Shown in pieces: positions 25,757-39,561 of a DNA stretch of 64,000 bases. The stretch lies in NCBI RefSeq assembly GCF_037042905.1, contig NC_087251.1, positions 48,920,001 through 48,984,000 of the forward strand, written 5' to 3'. Each line of letters starts with the position of its first letter. Positions within the stretch are counted from its first letter, which is position 1. The notes below the pieces were generated by a model. That model had not been told where the DNA came from and did no database searches. It saw nothing but the letters and a program-made list of their open reading frames with translations. The position numbers and the translations under genes are program-made. This DNA comes from Lytechinus pictus. Lineage: Eukaryota.

Positions 25757-28700
25757 ATGATGTCCCAGGCGAATACTTTGAAACCACGTAGCATGCTACG
25801 AAAAAGACTACCTCGCTACAAATTTGAATCGTCTGACAGGACCCTCCTTCAAAATTTAGTCAATAAATATATTGGGATTCTTGAGCGCAAAGCCATCAAC
25901 CAGAATATGCTTGATGAAAAGAAGCGCGCCTGGCAGCTCATAACGCAAAAGTTCAACTCTCAGTCCGTCGATAAGAGAATTCGCGATGCCAAACAACTGC
26001 GAAAGTGCTGGGAAAATATGAAATGGAGGGCGCGCCGTGAAGTAAAACAGGCTGACATAGAGGAGGACATGAGCGGCCACAACGGACACCATCTCTCAGA
26101 CTTCACCCACCCCTCCCATCTCACATCTGGTATGATGGGGGTGGGGGAATTCATGGGTGGGAGCGTTGAACAAGATGACGAAGAAGAGGAGGATGACAAC
26201 GAAGGGGAGTTCGATGATGACGATGACGAGGAGGAGATGGTGGCGCCTATGGGCACCGAACCGATTGAGATTAGCGATGATCTAGATCATCTGGATGCCA
26301 CAGAGACGAACGGGAATCTCCCCTTGCCTTTGACTACCCCCCATGGTGATCCGCGGCATCCCAACGGACTTCCCATATCTCACCCGCCAGACGATGAATT
26401 AATTGGCAGCTTCGTCGCTGACGCTTGGATAGCAGAAGAAGCACCGGGAGAAGATGGTAATTTTCTTTTCTTTTATACCTCAGCTTTTAAGGCAACATTA
26501 ATTGCGAGTTCAAAAATGAGTGAAGTATGTACATGCACAGTATGCACGTGTATACATCAGTGCGAAGCGTAATTGTCGCTGTATTATAATAGGCTGCAAG
26601 ATGAGAATGGTTATCATACAACAACAACATAGATCTACTTGGTCTCTAAACTGAGAGATAACAAACACACAGTTGAATGGTAATACTACTCTGGTGTAAA
26701 TAATGTAATGTACATTGGAAATCGTAGATCCGGTTAGACCAAGGAGGACCTTGGTAAAACGAGGGAAATAACTAGACTATAATAAAGTTGAGGTTCATTC
26801 AAATTTATACCATTATGGGGATTGATCACAAATACTTCAGCTTATTTTTACTCGATGAGACAAATTTCGATTGAGTTATATTAATTGAAACTCTTTCATG
26901 ACATGGTACACCAAAATTAAGAGGTATTTTTGTCTGTTACTGGAATTTGACTTGATAGTATCATTCATTCCATAGCGCCCCCCCCCCCCCATTCCCCCGA
27001 CTAAATTTGAAGACGTGCGTAGATATGAAATGAGAATGAGAATACCAGGAGGAATCATAGATCCAATAGTACTAATACCTCACTCAAATTAATATTCATT
27101 ATTTTTCAACAGTGTAATTATTTTGATTAATCTCAATCTTGTACTAATTGAGATACATTTCAAAGACGCCATTGATGTGAATTAATTGTAACTCGTGCAA
27201 TTTGACCCACTCAAATGACTCAAGTGAAGAGGCTGTATAGGTAATAAATTATCTCTCTTATTGAAATATGACTTGAGAGTCTATTTCCTTTCATGTCCCC
27301 CCTCCCCCCCCCCCCCCGAGGAAATTGAAGACAGGGATCATTCGCTCAAACGCTTGACTTAATTGTTCGGAATAAAAATTATAACATTCTGGAGATCAAT
27401 TATCAATTTTTGATCTCCGCGTATCAAATGCAGAGCTTATAAAATTCATCGATATCATTATAAAAAATGAAGGTTGCGAGAGGTGAAGAATTACTAGCAA
27501 TAAAGATCACATGTATTTCGATTTCAAAAAATAACAATAAGCCAGTGGCGTAATGAGCCCGAAATTTTGAGGGGGCCAGACATGGAATTTGGGGCCAAAA
27601 ATTTCTAAGAAAGCTGCAAGCGATGCGAGTGAGCAAAAATGTTGACATTTTTAATACGAAAGTGTAATTTTGTAACAGATTTTGACTTAATTTTCAGAAA
27701 ATAATGTCATATTCACCCCCTTTTCCTTGTATTATTTTCCTTGGTCGTGAAAATTTTGGAAGTCCATGACCCACAGCCCCACCTCCCCCCCCCCCCCCCA
27801 TCTATACGCCATCAGTAGGCCCTACGCCATTGCCACGAGAGAACCTGAGTGGCCGGGGGAAGGGACAGAGTGCCCCACCACCTGACAGAATTTTGATGAT
27901 TTTTTTTTATTGGAGGGTGTAAAAAATATACGAGATAACGAAATTACATTTGACCTCTCTCTTATTTTTTTTTTTTTGGGGGGGGGGTGGGGGGTCAGGG
28001 GGTTAGTATTTCCCTCCTGGCGGTGTTTTCTAGGTACGCCACGGAAGACGTCCAATCAATACTGATTTTACATTTGGCTTTTAAGACATAACATTGACTT
28101 CCAATCATGACAATTTCATACCAATGCCCATTTCTTCCCCCAAACAGCAGCATTTGAATGGATGTAAAGTTGTTATACCCCTACGGATGTATAGGCCTGC
28201 ACACCTGCGCTGCAATAATGATTGTACCTATTTCACTCATGCATCAGGCAGTTTTTTTTTTCTTGTGACCTTTTCATATCGACGAAAGTAATTTGGATCT
28301 TTGATATTTACTAATTTACGTCAATATATGCATATATTCAACATAATATTTGATTTATGCTGCATGATGAAAAATTGATGGGATCTGGATTTCTCATGCA
28401 TGGCTTAAAATTGATAATGGGTGTTGGAATCCGCTTTTCGAATTGTGGCAACATAGCCAAAACAAACAAACGAACCATGGTAATTAGAAGTCTGGAGTAT
28501 ATCTACGCAGTTCCTGCATGCACTGTAAATTGGCGCGAATCCGAAGTGTGTTCGGAAGTGAAGGATGCCCTGCATCTCTTAAGGCTCTTCTCCCCGATGA
28601 TGTATGTACATTTCTACGTAACTCGATGGTGTGCTATCGTTGTATCTCGAACTTAAACCCACCCACTCGACAACCATAGTCTGCTTGTACAGACTTTGCA

Positions 28701-31259
28701 TATACCCATTGCTAATATGGGTCTTCCACTTTAGGCAACTATGCGGTAGATAATACAAAGTCGTTTGCTACAATCATATTGCATTGCGATCTCTTATATA
28801 CAGCGATAATAAAACTTAACCAGGGAATAATTGGGTGAATGAACAAGGAAGGACTCATCAAATGAGAGTTTCTTCAGGAATTTGAAGACGAGCTAAATCC
28901 GAACAATCTAATCTCGTTGAGGAAATAGATGCATTGATTGGAAATATAGTTCGTATTGAGAACTATATATTTCAATTTGGTTTGATAAATTGGTTGTGAA
29001 AATAAAATACTCGCAACCTCGACTACTTTGAAAAGGCTGCCATGTCCTTATTTGACGCACTCCGGAAATAGTTATATATAATTTATAAACAATATAAACT
29101 GTATTCACCACTATCGAAGTAATCTTATGTAATCACAAATGACTTTAAAATCAACGTGATTTAACAATGGAGATGTACTATTAAAAAAAGCCTCATCTTT
29201 TTTGGTGGAGGGGGTGCTCTTGTGATTGGTGTCGATTTTAGAGTAGAAGACGCATCTGCAAAGTACAGTATGGCCTCTACTTGAATTCCCAAAGCTCATG
29301 ATCATGCATCAATACTGACAAGGGAAGGGGCCAAGCTTAAAGAAATGGAGGATTGAAGTATTTATAGGTTGATAGGGCCTACATATGAGAGTCAAGAAAA
29401 GACTTTTTATCTAGGAAAGCATTTGCATGGGAATGCATATGTAATAAGCTGCATTTGATCAGGGAATCAAATATTTCTCTGTCAACAAAACTCTTGTTTA
29501 TGTGCATGTAGACAGTCTCCTTATGCATGGTTCAGAAACATGGTCATTCAAAAAGTATACTTAAAAGAGACTAGATGGCACATATACTCGACTTTTATTG
29601 AGGGTACAAAATATTAGTTGGAGAGATCATACAACAAAAGATGAAATTTATGGAGATCTCCCACCTATCTCCACCACGGTAAGTAAACGTATGAGATTTG
29701 CTGGTCACTGTTCCAAAAGTGAGAAGGAAGATTGCATATGTAGGGATATACATAATTTGTTACATTACCAACTCTTATGTCAGATCGCAAAGCCTGGCGT
29801 ACCATTGTTGATTAATTCTCGGATGCATCCAATTTGTAGTGTAGTATATGAAAGAAATATGTGGTGAGAAAATGGCCACGGAATTTGCTCACAAGCTAGA
29901 ACCAGGTAGGTGAAATGTTGGACAGTGGTGACAATTTAATAATGAAAAGAAAAGATCCACATTTTGCTTAATTTTCATGTCATATATCCGTAATATTGTA
30001 GCAGATACTTAGCTACTTGTTCTTAAGGCTAGAAGTGTCCGACTATCAGGAAGACATTAAATTCACTTCAGTGCATAGTTAATAGGATAGAAACTGGTTT
30101 GATGTCGACAGGATGAAAGACCTTTAAGTGACTTGAACTTGCACCTGGTAGTTCTCACGAGCTTTACAACATGTGGACTGTCGGCTGATGGATTCAGTCA
30201 CATCGAAATTCACAGCGAAACCGACTAGATACTGACCAAAGCTAGTCCAATGACATATATCGCCATCGATTGGTTTCGTTGGTGTGACTGAACCCTACGG
30301 TAACATACTACTTTACACCACCTCCCAGTTCCCTGGTTAAATATACACATGTGAACCTGTTTGGTATGTTCATTTTCTTCACGAGATACTGAGATCAAAC
30401 ATGATTAGCCTATTGTCAATAAGCTATATAGTAATGACGACTCTGGATTGAGAGAGTAATAACGGGGCACACGTACAGTCAAGGGTCAAGTCCTTCCAAG
30501 AAAAATGTTGATTTGAATAAATAGAGATAAAATTCAGACTAGCATAACGCTGAAAATTTCATCAAAATCGGATGTAAAATAAGAAAGCAATGACATAAAG
30601 TTCTGCTTGTTTTCCACAAAACAGTGATATGCACAACTCAGTAACATGCAAATGAGACAGTCGATGATGTCCCTCACTATTTCTTTTCTTTTTTACTGTT
30701 CGAATTATCCAATATTTTGTTTTTTACAGATTTCAATAAAGACAACTTGACTGATGCTAATGCTAATTCCACATGTCACTTGACAATGAATGAGGAGAAA
30801 ATTAGAATATTTCATATAATAGAATACCTTATCAATGTCTAGATCAGTTGTGGGTTGGTCTTTATGGAGGCGCACATCTTTCGTTTGTTTCTCTCAACTT
30901 TGTTTTGAATTCATTAAGACTATTTATTTTCCCCGGTAATTTAATTGATAGGCAGAAAACTGAGCGCTTAGAATCGTCTGTATTAAGCGCCCTACAAATG
31001 TTATAATATTATCATTAAAATACAAAAGAAATGAGTGGATGGCGTCATCAGTTTCTTCATTTTGCATACCGACCAGGATGTGCATATACTGTTGAGTGAA
31101 ATAAGTGAACCTCTAAAATGTCATAACTCTCTTATTTTACATCGGATTTTGATGAAATTTTCAGTGTGATACTTGTTGGATTATTCTTTATTTATTCAAA
31201 TCAACTTTTTGTTAGGGTGGACTTGTGCTGTAAAGCGTCTATTCCTTTCTTTATCATTA

Positions 31260-31291
<32 letters not shown>

Positions 31292-33870
31292 ATGGGCGAT
31301 AAATAGCAATACAATAACTTTAGTTAACCCATGGATTTCTGGATGTAAGGACGGCTGTTCCCAATTGGTCAGATGAAGAAGTAACAACCATGTGCAGCTA
31401 TTTTGAGGGCTGTTGGTCCCCGAGGGTGGGGCGACACTCTCCAATAGACCCACCCCCCCCCCCCGGAACGCCGCCCATGGGCATATACAACATGAATATA
31501 CTACAAACATTGAAAATCTATAGCTATCCATAAAGACCAGGTGGATCTTCGTGCAATATTCGGGGGGGGGGGGTGGATATCAATTTCATTGAAATTTTGG
31601 CCAGCACCAGTAGACCTAGTTCTACTCATCTTTGTTTTGACGTATAAGGACATCTATTTTTAGTTAAGTATTACATTTTTTCACGGATGTGTAATTAAAG
31701 GTCAAGTCTACCCCAGAAAAATGTTAATTTGAATGAATAGATAATAATTCCAACAAGCTTAACGTTGAAAATTTCATCAAAATCGGATGTAAAATAAGAA
31801 AGTTATTTCATTTTAAAGTTTCGCTTATTTTTTTACAAAAGAGTTATATGCACAACTCAGTGAAATACAAATGAGAGAGTCGATGATGTCCCACACTTAC
31901 TATTTCTTTTGTTTTTTATTGTTTGAAATATACAATTTTTCAATTTTTACAGATTTGACAATAAGGGCCTACTTGACTGAACCATGAAATTATAAACAAT
32001 GATAATTCCACATGTTCAGGGAGGGTTGAAATTTTGTTTCAAAGGACAATGAGGAGAAAATTTGAATATTTCATGTAATGAAATACAAAAGAAATAGTGA
32101 GTGAGTGATGTCATTTGCAACAGACAAGGATGTGCATAATAGTGTTTTGTGAAATTAAACGAAACTTAAAAATGTCATAACTTTCTTATTTTACATCCGA
32201 TTTTGATGAAATTTTCAACGTTAAGCTTGTTGAATTTTCTGTTTTTATTCAAATCAACTCCTTGTTAGGTTGGACTTGTTATAAGATGTACCCGGTATAC
32301 AGTAATATCCATGCAGAACCCTATATTTTCACCTGGTCGAATAGAAAGATTATAGTACTTGAACTCATGGAAAACTGTTTTCTCTGAATCGGGTGTTGCC
32401 AGAAATAAAGGAAAATTGTGTATTCCATGTACTTTTACTATTAATTAAAAAAAGAATGTTTGCAACCTGAGTCAAAACATCTTGACCGTTCGTCACTTGC
32501 GGGCTGGAATCGTGCATGGTGCCCCTTGTGTGACACCACTATGTGTTTATAAACAACGTACTCTTTCATATCTCTTTCATCCTGCTGCGAACCATGTCAT
32601 TTTCGTATCGTACTTTTTCAAGCCCAGTGTTAGTGATGCATTCATTGTTCACTTGACAAAGCTTGCAAAGTACACTGGTTGTCTCGTTGCCAAGGGGAAC
32701 GAGGAACGAGTTATCGTTGCCATGTACTTGACATCAATTGGGCATTGATCGTAGCTGGAAACGTAGGCCAACAGAGCGTGTATTGCCACGACTGTATTTG
32801 GCAATTCCACTATTAGAAATGTTTATTATTTTATAGCAAGCCCTTATCTCGCCGCAACATTTTTTCCCCGTTGAGTAACGTTGTCTAAAAGGGGGGCACG
32901 ACGGGAATGTAGGAAGGGGGGGGGGGCATTAAGAAGCATATTTGCAACATAAACTACAATAAAAATTTCTGTATGAATCATATCTCCCACATAGAAAACC
33001 CGCACACTGATAACAACCAAGCCAAATGATATATTCATATAAGCGAGTTCGTTTGATCAATGAAAGAAAAAATACCTTTTTACTTCTAGGAATCAATATC
33101 TACCAGAGTAAATGACAATAATCTTTGGCAATATTACATGTCAAGGCCTAAATTATGTCGCCTATAATACGTTTTCTAACTCGGTGAGTTACATTCCAAA
33201 CTTGGGATAATTCCAAGTTTGACATTGAAAATGAATACGTGCAGATGTTTGTATTTCAAACCTTTGAGATCGTAACGTATACAAAACATATATACTAGTT
33301 TGAATTGTGGATTGGAATCACAACACTTCTATAATTATTGTTGGATGGAATTCTGTTAGATGTTAAGGGGTTGGATAGGGGAGGGGTATGCATGCCTGTA
33401 TGAGGGCTTGTCTTATGCAAAATGGGTCGACACGATGGCAATTTGAAAGGCAATCATGTGTTTGAGGTGATACGTCCACGTTATATTATATTAATTCAGT
33501 AGGACCTAGTAACGGGAAGAGTCAGATGAAGAAGAAATTAATAGAGAAGTGAGTGGAAAAGAATATATGCAGTTCATTCGGAGCCTATTTGAGGGATATT
33601 CACAATAAACTCAAAAGAATTTGACAATTAAAAATAGATTTAAAATTGATATATGTACATGTAGGTGGAGTTTTAGCTTTGTATCTTTTGATTGGTGGAA
33701 GTTATCCATGAAAAAGGAGGGAAGTGCACACTAGCGTACCTACGGGGGGGGGGGCAGTCTGCCCCCCCCCCCTGACGAGCCACAACCCATGCAAAGGACG
33801 TATCCCTGCCCCCCTGACGACCTTGAAAGACATTTTTTGCCCCCCCCCCCCCCCCTGACGAGCTTGAAGA

Positions 33871-33903
<33 letters not shown>

Positions 33904-34963
33904 AACGGTTTTGCCCCCCTGTGGAAAATCCTAGGTACGCCACTGGAAGTGCAGCATTTATATTGACAAGATAATGTAAAGCTGTTGATTTTTACCTCGA
34001 AATCGTCACATTATTTGTGATATTCATTAACAATTACATGTATGGCGTCGGTATGCTTGCAATTATTTGGAATGCTCTGCAATATAATATTACTATCCTT
34101 AAATCACTGACTTTCGATCGATCTAAACGATGTCATCGAAAGCATTATATTAAGCTGTGATTTTTTAAAATCAAATTATACAAAAAAATGTATGTCATAC
34201 AGCATAAGACAAATGGCACGCTTAACAGAACTGTATTGTTTTGTAAACATGAGGCTTATCCGTGGGAAAACTTCAGTTTTCTTGTTTTATCATTTATTCA
34301 TATGTAGGTGATCGCGAAGATATCCACCTGCAAACGGATATCGGCGATGCATCACAAGAAAACCAAATATGGAACGGATCGACCTCGCCTGTTGGAGGGA
34401 TGGGAGGAGGAGCATCCACGTCGTCATCGACCAGACACACTCACACACCTCCATTGGCCGCCAGTGATACCAGCCAGGACCGCATCCCTCGGGCGCCATC
34501 GGTCTCATCCTCCATGGGCGACGCCGCAGAATCACTATCTTCTCGACATTCCATCAGCTCGTCATCGCGCAACAACAAGCGACCACGTGACAAAGTGTAC
34601 ACCAATCAGAGCAACGCACATCAACCCCGTCGGCCCAGCTCATCAGCGTCGCCAGTCGTGCTTCTAGACGGAGACGGGGAGTCGTCGGCAATCGCTGAGA
34701 GAAGAAGTAGTGTCGAGGAAGCAGAGCGGCAGATGCGTACCGACGAGGATCACGGGAAGAGAATGGAATTGCTCCAGGCGCAGCTGGACTTTGAGAAATC
34801 GAAGGTGGAGCGGATGCGGAGGATGATGGAGATGAGTGAGATTGAACATAGAGCAAGGATGAGGATGTTGGTTAGATATCAACAAGTCGCCGAGAAACAG
34901 AAAGAGTACTGGTCGCATCATGTAGATACTGTGAAACGGGACGAAGTGACCGACCAATTCTAA
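25757..34963 (+). CDS. Myb/SANT-like DNA-binding domain protein (MSANTD/FSBP/NAIF1-type); coding exons 25757-26456 and 34308-34963; ~451 aa
   Basis: N-terminal trihelix motif RYKFESSDRTLLQNLVNKYIGILE...EKKRAWQLITQKFNS...RDAKQLRKCWENMKWRAR, acidic tract, Ser-rich linker and C-terminal coiled coil (EDHGKRMELLQAQLDFEK...EIEHRARMRML). The phase-1 donor G|GTAA at 26456 joins in frame to the acceptor TAG|GT at 34308. Additional small exons are not excluded. Confidence 0.88.
29390..29735 (+). pseudogene. Decayed RTE-type LINE reverse-transcriptase C-terminal fragment (intronic)
   Basis: Frameshifted peptides HGSETW and DGTYTRLLLRVQNISWRDHTTKDEIYGDLPPIS...MRFAGHC are typical of post-RT regions of RTE-clade ORFs. 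Confidence 0.7.
30480..31230. mobile_element. Degenerate palindromic MITE (AGGTCAAGTC family) with an internal insertion
   Basis: Inverted arms GAAAATTTCATCAAAATCGGATGTAAAATAAG; homologous to 31699-32280. Confidence 0.7.
31699..32280. mobile_element. Palindromic TTAA-type MITE (AGGTCAAGTC family)
   Basis: TTAA|AGGTCAAGTCTACCCC...GGTTGGACTTG; long inverted arms. Confidence 0.8.
33729..33945. mobile_element. Mini hAT-like element with perfect 8-bp TSD
   Basis: GAAGTGCA|CACTAGCGTACCTA...TAGGTACGCCACTG|GAAGTGCA. Confidence 0.85.
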
Positions 34964-36386
34964 ATAACTCAAGTTTGTAAGTTTTTGTACGCCAACATGG
35001 ATTTCTCCCATATGGACTTTCATGAAAAGATGATGAAATGAGGAGCTAAATTAATTAAATTATGATATTTTCTTACATGGTACATAAACAGAGACTTAGA
35101 AGAGCTCCTTCTTGTTTTTTTTTCTGTATTTATATATCACTTTAAATTTCATTTCTTTTTGTTTCTTTACACGTTCTGCTTAAAGTATGGTATTTGGAAA
35201 AGATAAGATATACCAAAATATTCAATATTAGTTGCAGCTTCAAAATAATTTTATGTGAACGGTTGTATCATTCGGATATAATACCAAAACATTGTGATCA
35301 ATTATATTCACAAGTATTGATTCCTTTTTCTGGTGCAACACGTTCCATTGTACAAGAATATAATCATCCACGATGCACAATACAAAAAATTAACATTTTC
35401 TTAATTCTTTGATCTGTAAATCTTATAACACATACTCCCTAAAATGATGAATAATTTCCTTTTTATCTTTACATCATTCATTACGCAATATGCCTTTCCA
35501 GAACTAATGTGAACATGTAAGTTCATGCACTGTTTGGGGTGTTTTTAATAGAGATCCCAAATGAACTTCATGTTTTAGAATCGATATTGATGACATCTTT
35601 ATGACGGTTTGATTAAAGAGTAGGCCCTATATATATGAAGATTATCCGAATGTACATTGGCATAAGGCAGGACTGGAGAATCACTGTTTCAAGTTTATTT
35701 CATTTGACATTGAGAGCAAGTAATTCAAAGTGGCAGTGTGTTGGGGGACAAAACAATGTTCTTTACTAGTTCAGTGTAATGAATTGTTTTCCAAGCGTTA
35801 GCCATTCTATTCAACACCCTGCTTTCAAATTAATTGATTTGTAATTGAGTGATATACTCTCCCTCTCAATTGTATACAGGTTTTTTCATCAAAATGCTTT
35901 TACCAAAGAAAATTTCCTATGAATCTATGTGTATGAACATGTGTTTAATAATTTCAAACATATTCCCTTTTAATATTATGAATGATTAGAAAAATTGAAT
36001 CTATAAAAGGAATTGCTGCATGACACAAATGTCATAGCAGATTCTATTTCATTTCAGTAATTATTTGAATTTATATTACAAACATAATTATTATTTCTTC
36101 ATATGAACCACATCATTAATTTTTAGTGGGGATATCTTTTTCCTATACCTTTGACTTCAGTGGCCTCTGTCCTTTTTTGCTTGGGGAAAATAACAGTTTC
36201 ACTGTTTACTATTTTTGTTACCTTTAGGTTTTGTGTGACAAATTCATCTGAAAGACTATAAGAAATCAAGTAGGTTTATGTTCCATTAAAAAAGTCTGTC
36301 TTGACATGGATATCTCTCTATTTTTGTTAAAACCAGATGACAAATTTTATGAATAATGTGGATAGTAATCAATTAGATTGCCTGGT

Positions 36387-36554
36387 GGGTGTTTCATAAA
36401 GCTGTTCGTAAGATAAGAGCAACTTTAAGAACGACTGGTGATCCTTTCTTTTGGTAAATGGTATACACCATTGGCGATGGTTTAGCGCGTAAGAAAGGTT
36501 CACCAGTCGTTCTTAAAGTGGCTCTTAACTTACAAACAGCTTTATGAAACAGCC
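36387..36554. mobile_element. ~165-bp hairpin MITE
   Basis: GTTTCATAAAGCTGTTCGTAAGATAAGAGC...GCTCTTAACTTACAAACAGCTTTATGAAAC; almost the whole element is self-complementary. Confidence 0.8.
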
Positions 36555-37385
36555 AATTAAATAACACGTGCACTGGCACTTATGCAAAACTTTTAATTCA
36601 CAATTAACTCTTTGTGAAACATTCTCATAATATGAAAAATTGCTTTGATTTATAAAGTCGACTTAAACTTACATTGACTTATAAAGGCTTAACTGCTTTT
36701 CTATGAAATCATTGATATCAACCTACTTAGCAGTTTTCTGTGAGCATTCTCTATGACTTTTCAGCTTTTTCCAAGAAGTATTTTTTGGTTATTGTTTTAC
36801 AGACCTAGAATTTGAATTACTTTCAAAGTATTGTAGCTTTATGTTATTCATAACTGGGAAGCTTCTCAACAACAACAAAAAAATGATGAAGTATGAAATG
36901 AGAAGGTTTTGTCACATTTGTCAGAGTACTTTATGGTTCTTTCATATTTTTTTTTTTGGTTATAGGGGCTTTGTTTAAAAAAAATAAAACTTGAAATGAA
37001 AAATACCCTGAAGAGGTTTTAGAAAAAAAGGAACTTTCATTTTTAGACAGTATATTTTAATTTACAGATTTGTTTTCCTTGAGCAGTACTGTATAATATA
37101 TGAAGGTATGAATATTCTTTTTGAGGAAGTTTCACTTTCTTGAATCACAGAGATGTTAGTTTATCACACTTAGACATTTGAAGCATAAAATTTGGTGAAC
37201 TATCACATTCACAAATATATACCATAAGATGTTTTGTTCATGTTCTTTGTCTGTGGATTTTTTAAATTATTATGCATTTGAGAGCTCTTGGTTGCCTTTG
37301 CTTAAAAAATATCTTCTTTTCATAACAAAATAAATTATACTGAAAAGAACACCTTGTCAGATTCTTCAGTACTTTATCATAAATT

Positions 37386-37561
37386 CAGTCAAACCTGTCT
37401 TAGTGACCACCTGTCTAAAGTGAAAGCCTGTCTTTAGTGGCCACCAAGATTGTCTTCCATTTGAAAGGAATATGTGTATAGTACCCGTCTATAAAACCTG
37501 CCTGTCCCCACTGGCTATATTTCAGTTTCTATTTGGTCACCTTGGCAGACAGGTTTACATG
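37386..37561. mobile_element. Degenerate Tc1/mariner(pogo)-like MITE
   Basis: CAGTCAAACCTGTCT...AGACAGGTTTACATG ends with internal ACCTGTCT repeats. Confidence 0.55.
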
Positions 37562-39096
37562 TAACCATAACATGAACATTATGAAGGGATGATTGGATGT
37601 TTGGTTAAATGTGTGTATGAATAGAATTTTCATTTAAAGTCCATAATAAAGAGAAATTAATTTTTAAAAGGGTGGAATGGTAGGAAAGCAAGGAGTGGGG
37701 GTCATGACATGCATCTTTTTATTATTGTGAATTTATTGTGAGATTTTTAAGGTTGTTTGGGGCTGGTGAAAAAAAAGTTGTCCAGTTTCAAACTGTGTTT
37801 GGTGATCCACAGAAATTGTGTTTCCTTTTGGATCACAAAGTGTCAATTTTGCAAATTTTCATCATTGAAAAGAGACATCTACAATCCCTTATCCTCAGTG
37901 GTCACAAAAAGAGAGGAGTTAATTTAGTTTTTGTTGTCATTAATAAGCTTCTGAAGGGCACGGGTCCGGTAATAAGTCAAGACTTATTTTATTAAGACGT
38001 GATAAAACAGTGAGGACATCAACCTGATACCACTGGGGTTCGTGGGGGGGGGGGGATCGGTTCTGCATCTCAATATACATTATTATGCCACTTTCATCAT
38101 GCAAACATTTATCTAGAATTATGTTTAATATCTGTGGCCAAAATTTCAAGGGGGTCATAATTCCCCCCCCCCCCCCCCCCCCCGTTACCCAAAGTTATAA
38201 CATGACCAGAAATACACCAAGAGTACTAGAATTAAAGCCAAAACCAAGACAAGTTTCAGGTTGTTTTGGCTTGTAAATGATCAATGTAGGGGAGTAGGAT
38301 GGATAAGTACACATATGAATGTTGGATGAAATAACAGATGACAAGGCTTCTAAACTGGATGTTGAATATTTATATTACGACTTGTTACTGGATGAAGAAT
38401 GGCATACAAGTGTAGTAATTTCATAATCTGAGTTGTTGATGTTATTGTAATACTGTGTACATGCAGCACATACCTTTCACATTTCATGTTCTTGTATCTC
38501 CGTTCTAAGGGTAGGGGGTAATAAAATCAAACTTCAAATCAAAACAAGTAAGGGGAGAAACGGAACATATAGTACATTTTAATTGTGTGATTTTGAATGA
38601 GAAAGTGAGACATCTGACCATCTGCAGATAAAGGTCATTTGAACTAAAGTCTTTGTCCCACTGAGAGACTTTTTTAAAGTATTGCCCAACATATCAACAT
38701 TCTGATTTATGGAAAGTGGATTCCAAACACTGAACCTCACTGATTATAAAAAGCAGGTGAAAGGAATAGCTTGTCTCTACCTGTGGGTGCTCACAGTGAA
38801 AGGTGCATGCATAAAATTGGACTGCGCTATGAGAGTAAAATTTTTGTTCACTATCAGTGCATTCTATGTTATCCACAGGGAGTTATTTATGAGACGCCGA
38901 ATGTACCAATATTATATAGAACAATTATTTGTTATATAATCATTATTTATTAAATAATAACTATTATTTATATATAATTTACATTTTATTTGTAAATAAC
39001 TACTATTATATAAAATATCATTTCTAATTATTTATATATAATTCCAAGTAATACTTCATTATTTGTAAATAATAATAGTTCGACATTCCATTATTT

Positions 39097-39561
39097 ATAA
39101 ATAATGATTATTTGTTTTTCATTATTTATAAATAATGATTATTTGTTTTTCATTATTTATAAATAATGATTATTTGTTTTTCATTATTTACAAATAATGA
39201 TTATTTGTTTTTCATTATTTATAAATAATGATTATTTGTTTTTCATTATTTATATATAATGATTATTTGTTTTTCATTATTTACAAATAATGATTATTTG
39301 TTTTTCATTATTTATAAATAATGATTATTTGTTTTTCATTATTTATATATAATGATTATTTGTTTTTCATTATTTACAAATAATGATTATTTGTTTTTCA
39401 TTATTTATAAATAATGATTATTTGTTTTTCATTATTTATAAATAATGATTATTTGTTTTTCATTATTTATAAATAATGATTATTTGTTTTTCATTATTTA
39501 CAAATAATGATTATTTGTTTTTCATTATTTATAAATAATGATTATTTGTTTTTCATTATTT
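39097..39561 (+). repeat. 31-bp tandem array (15 units), left arm of the foldback
   Basis: Unit ATAAATAATGATTATTTGTTTTTCATTATTT; 465 bp = 15 x 31. Confidence 0.9.

Noticed and set aside
39097..39561. CRISPR-like array of 31-bp repeats
   Set aside because: Units are directly tandem with no unique spacers, there are no cas genes, and the context is eukaryotic.
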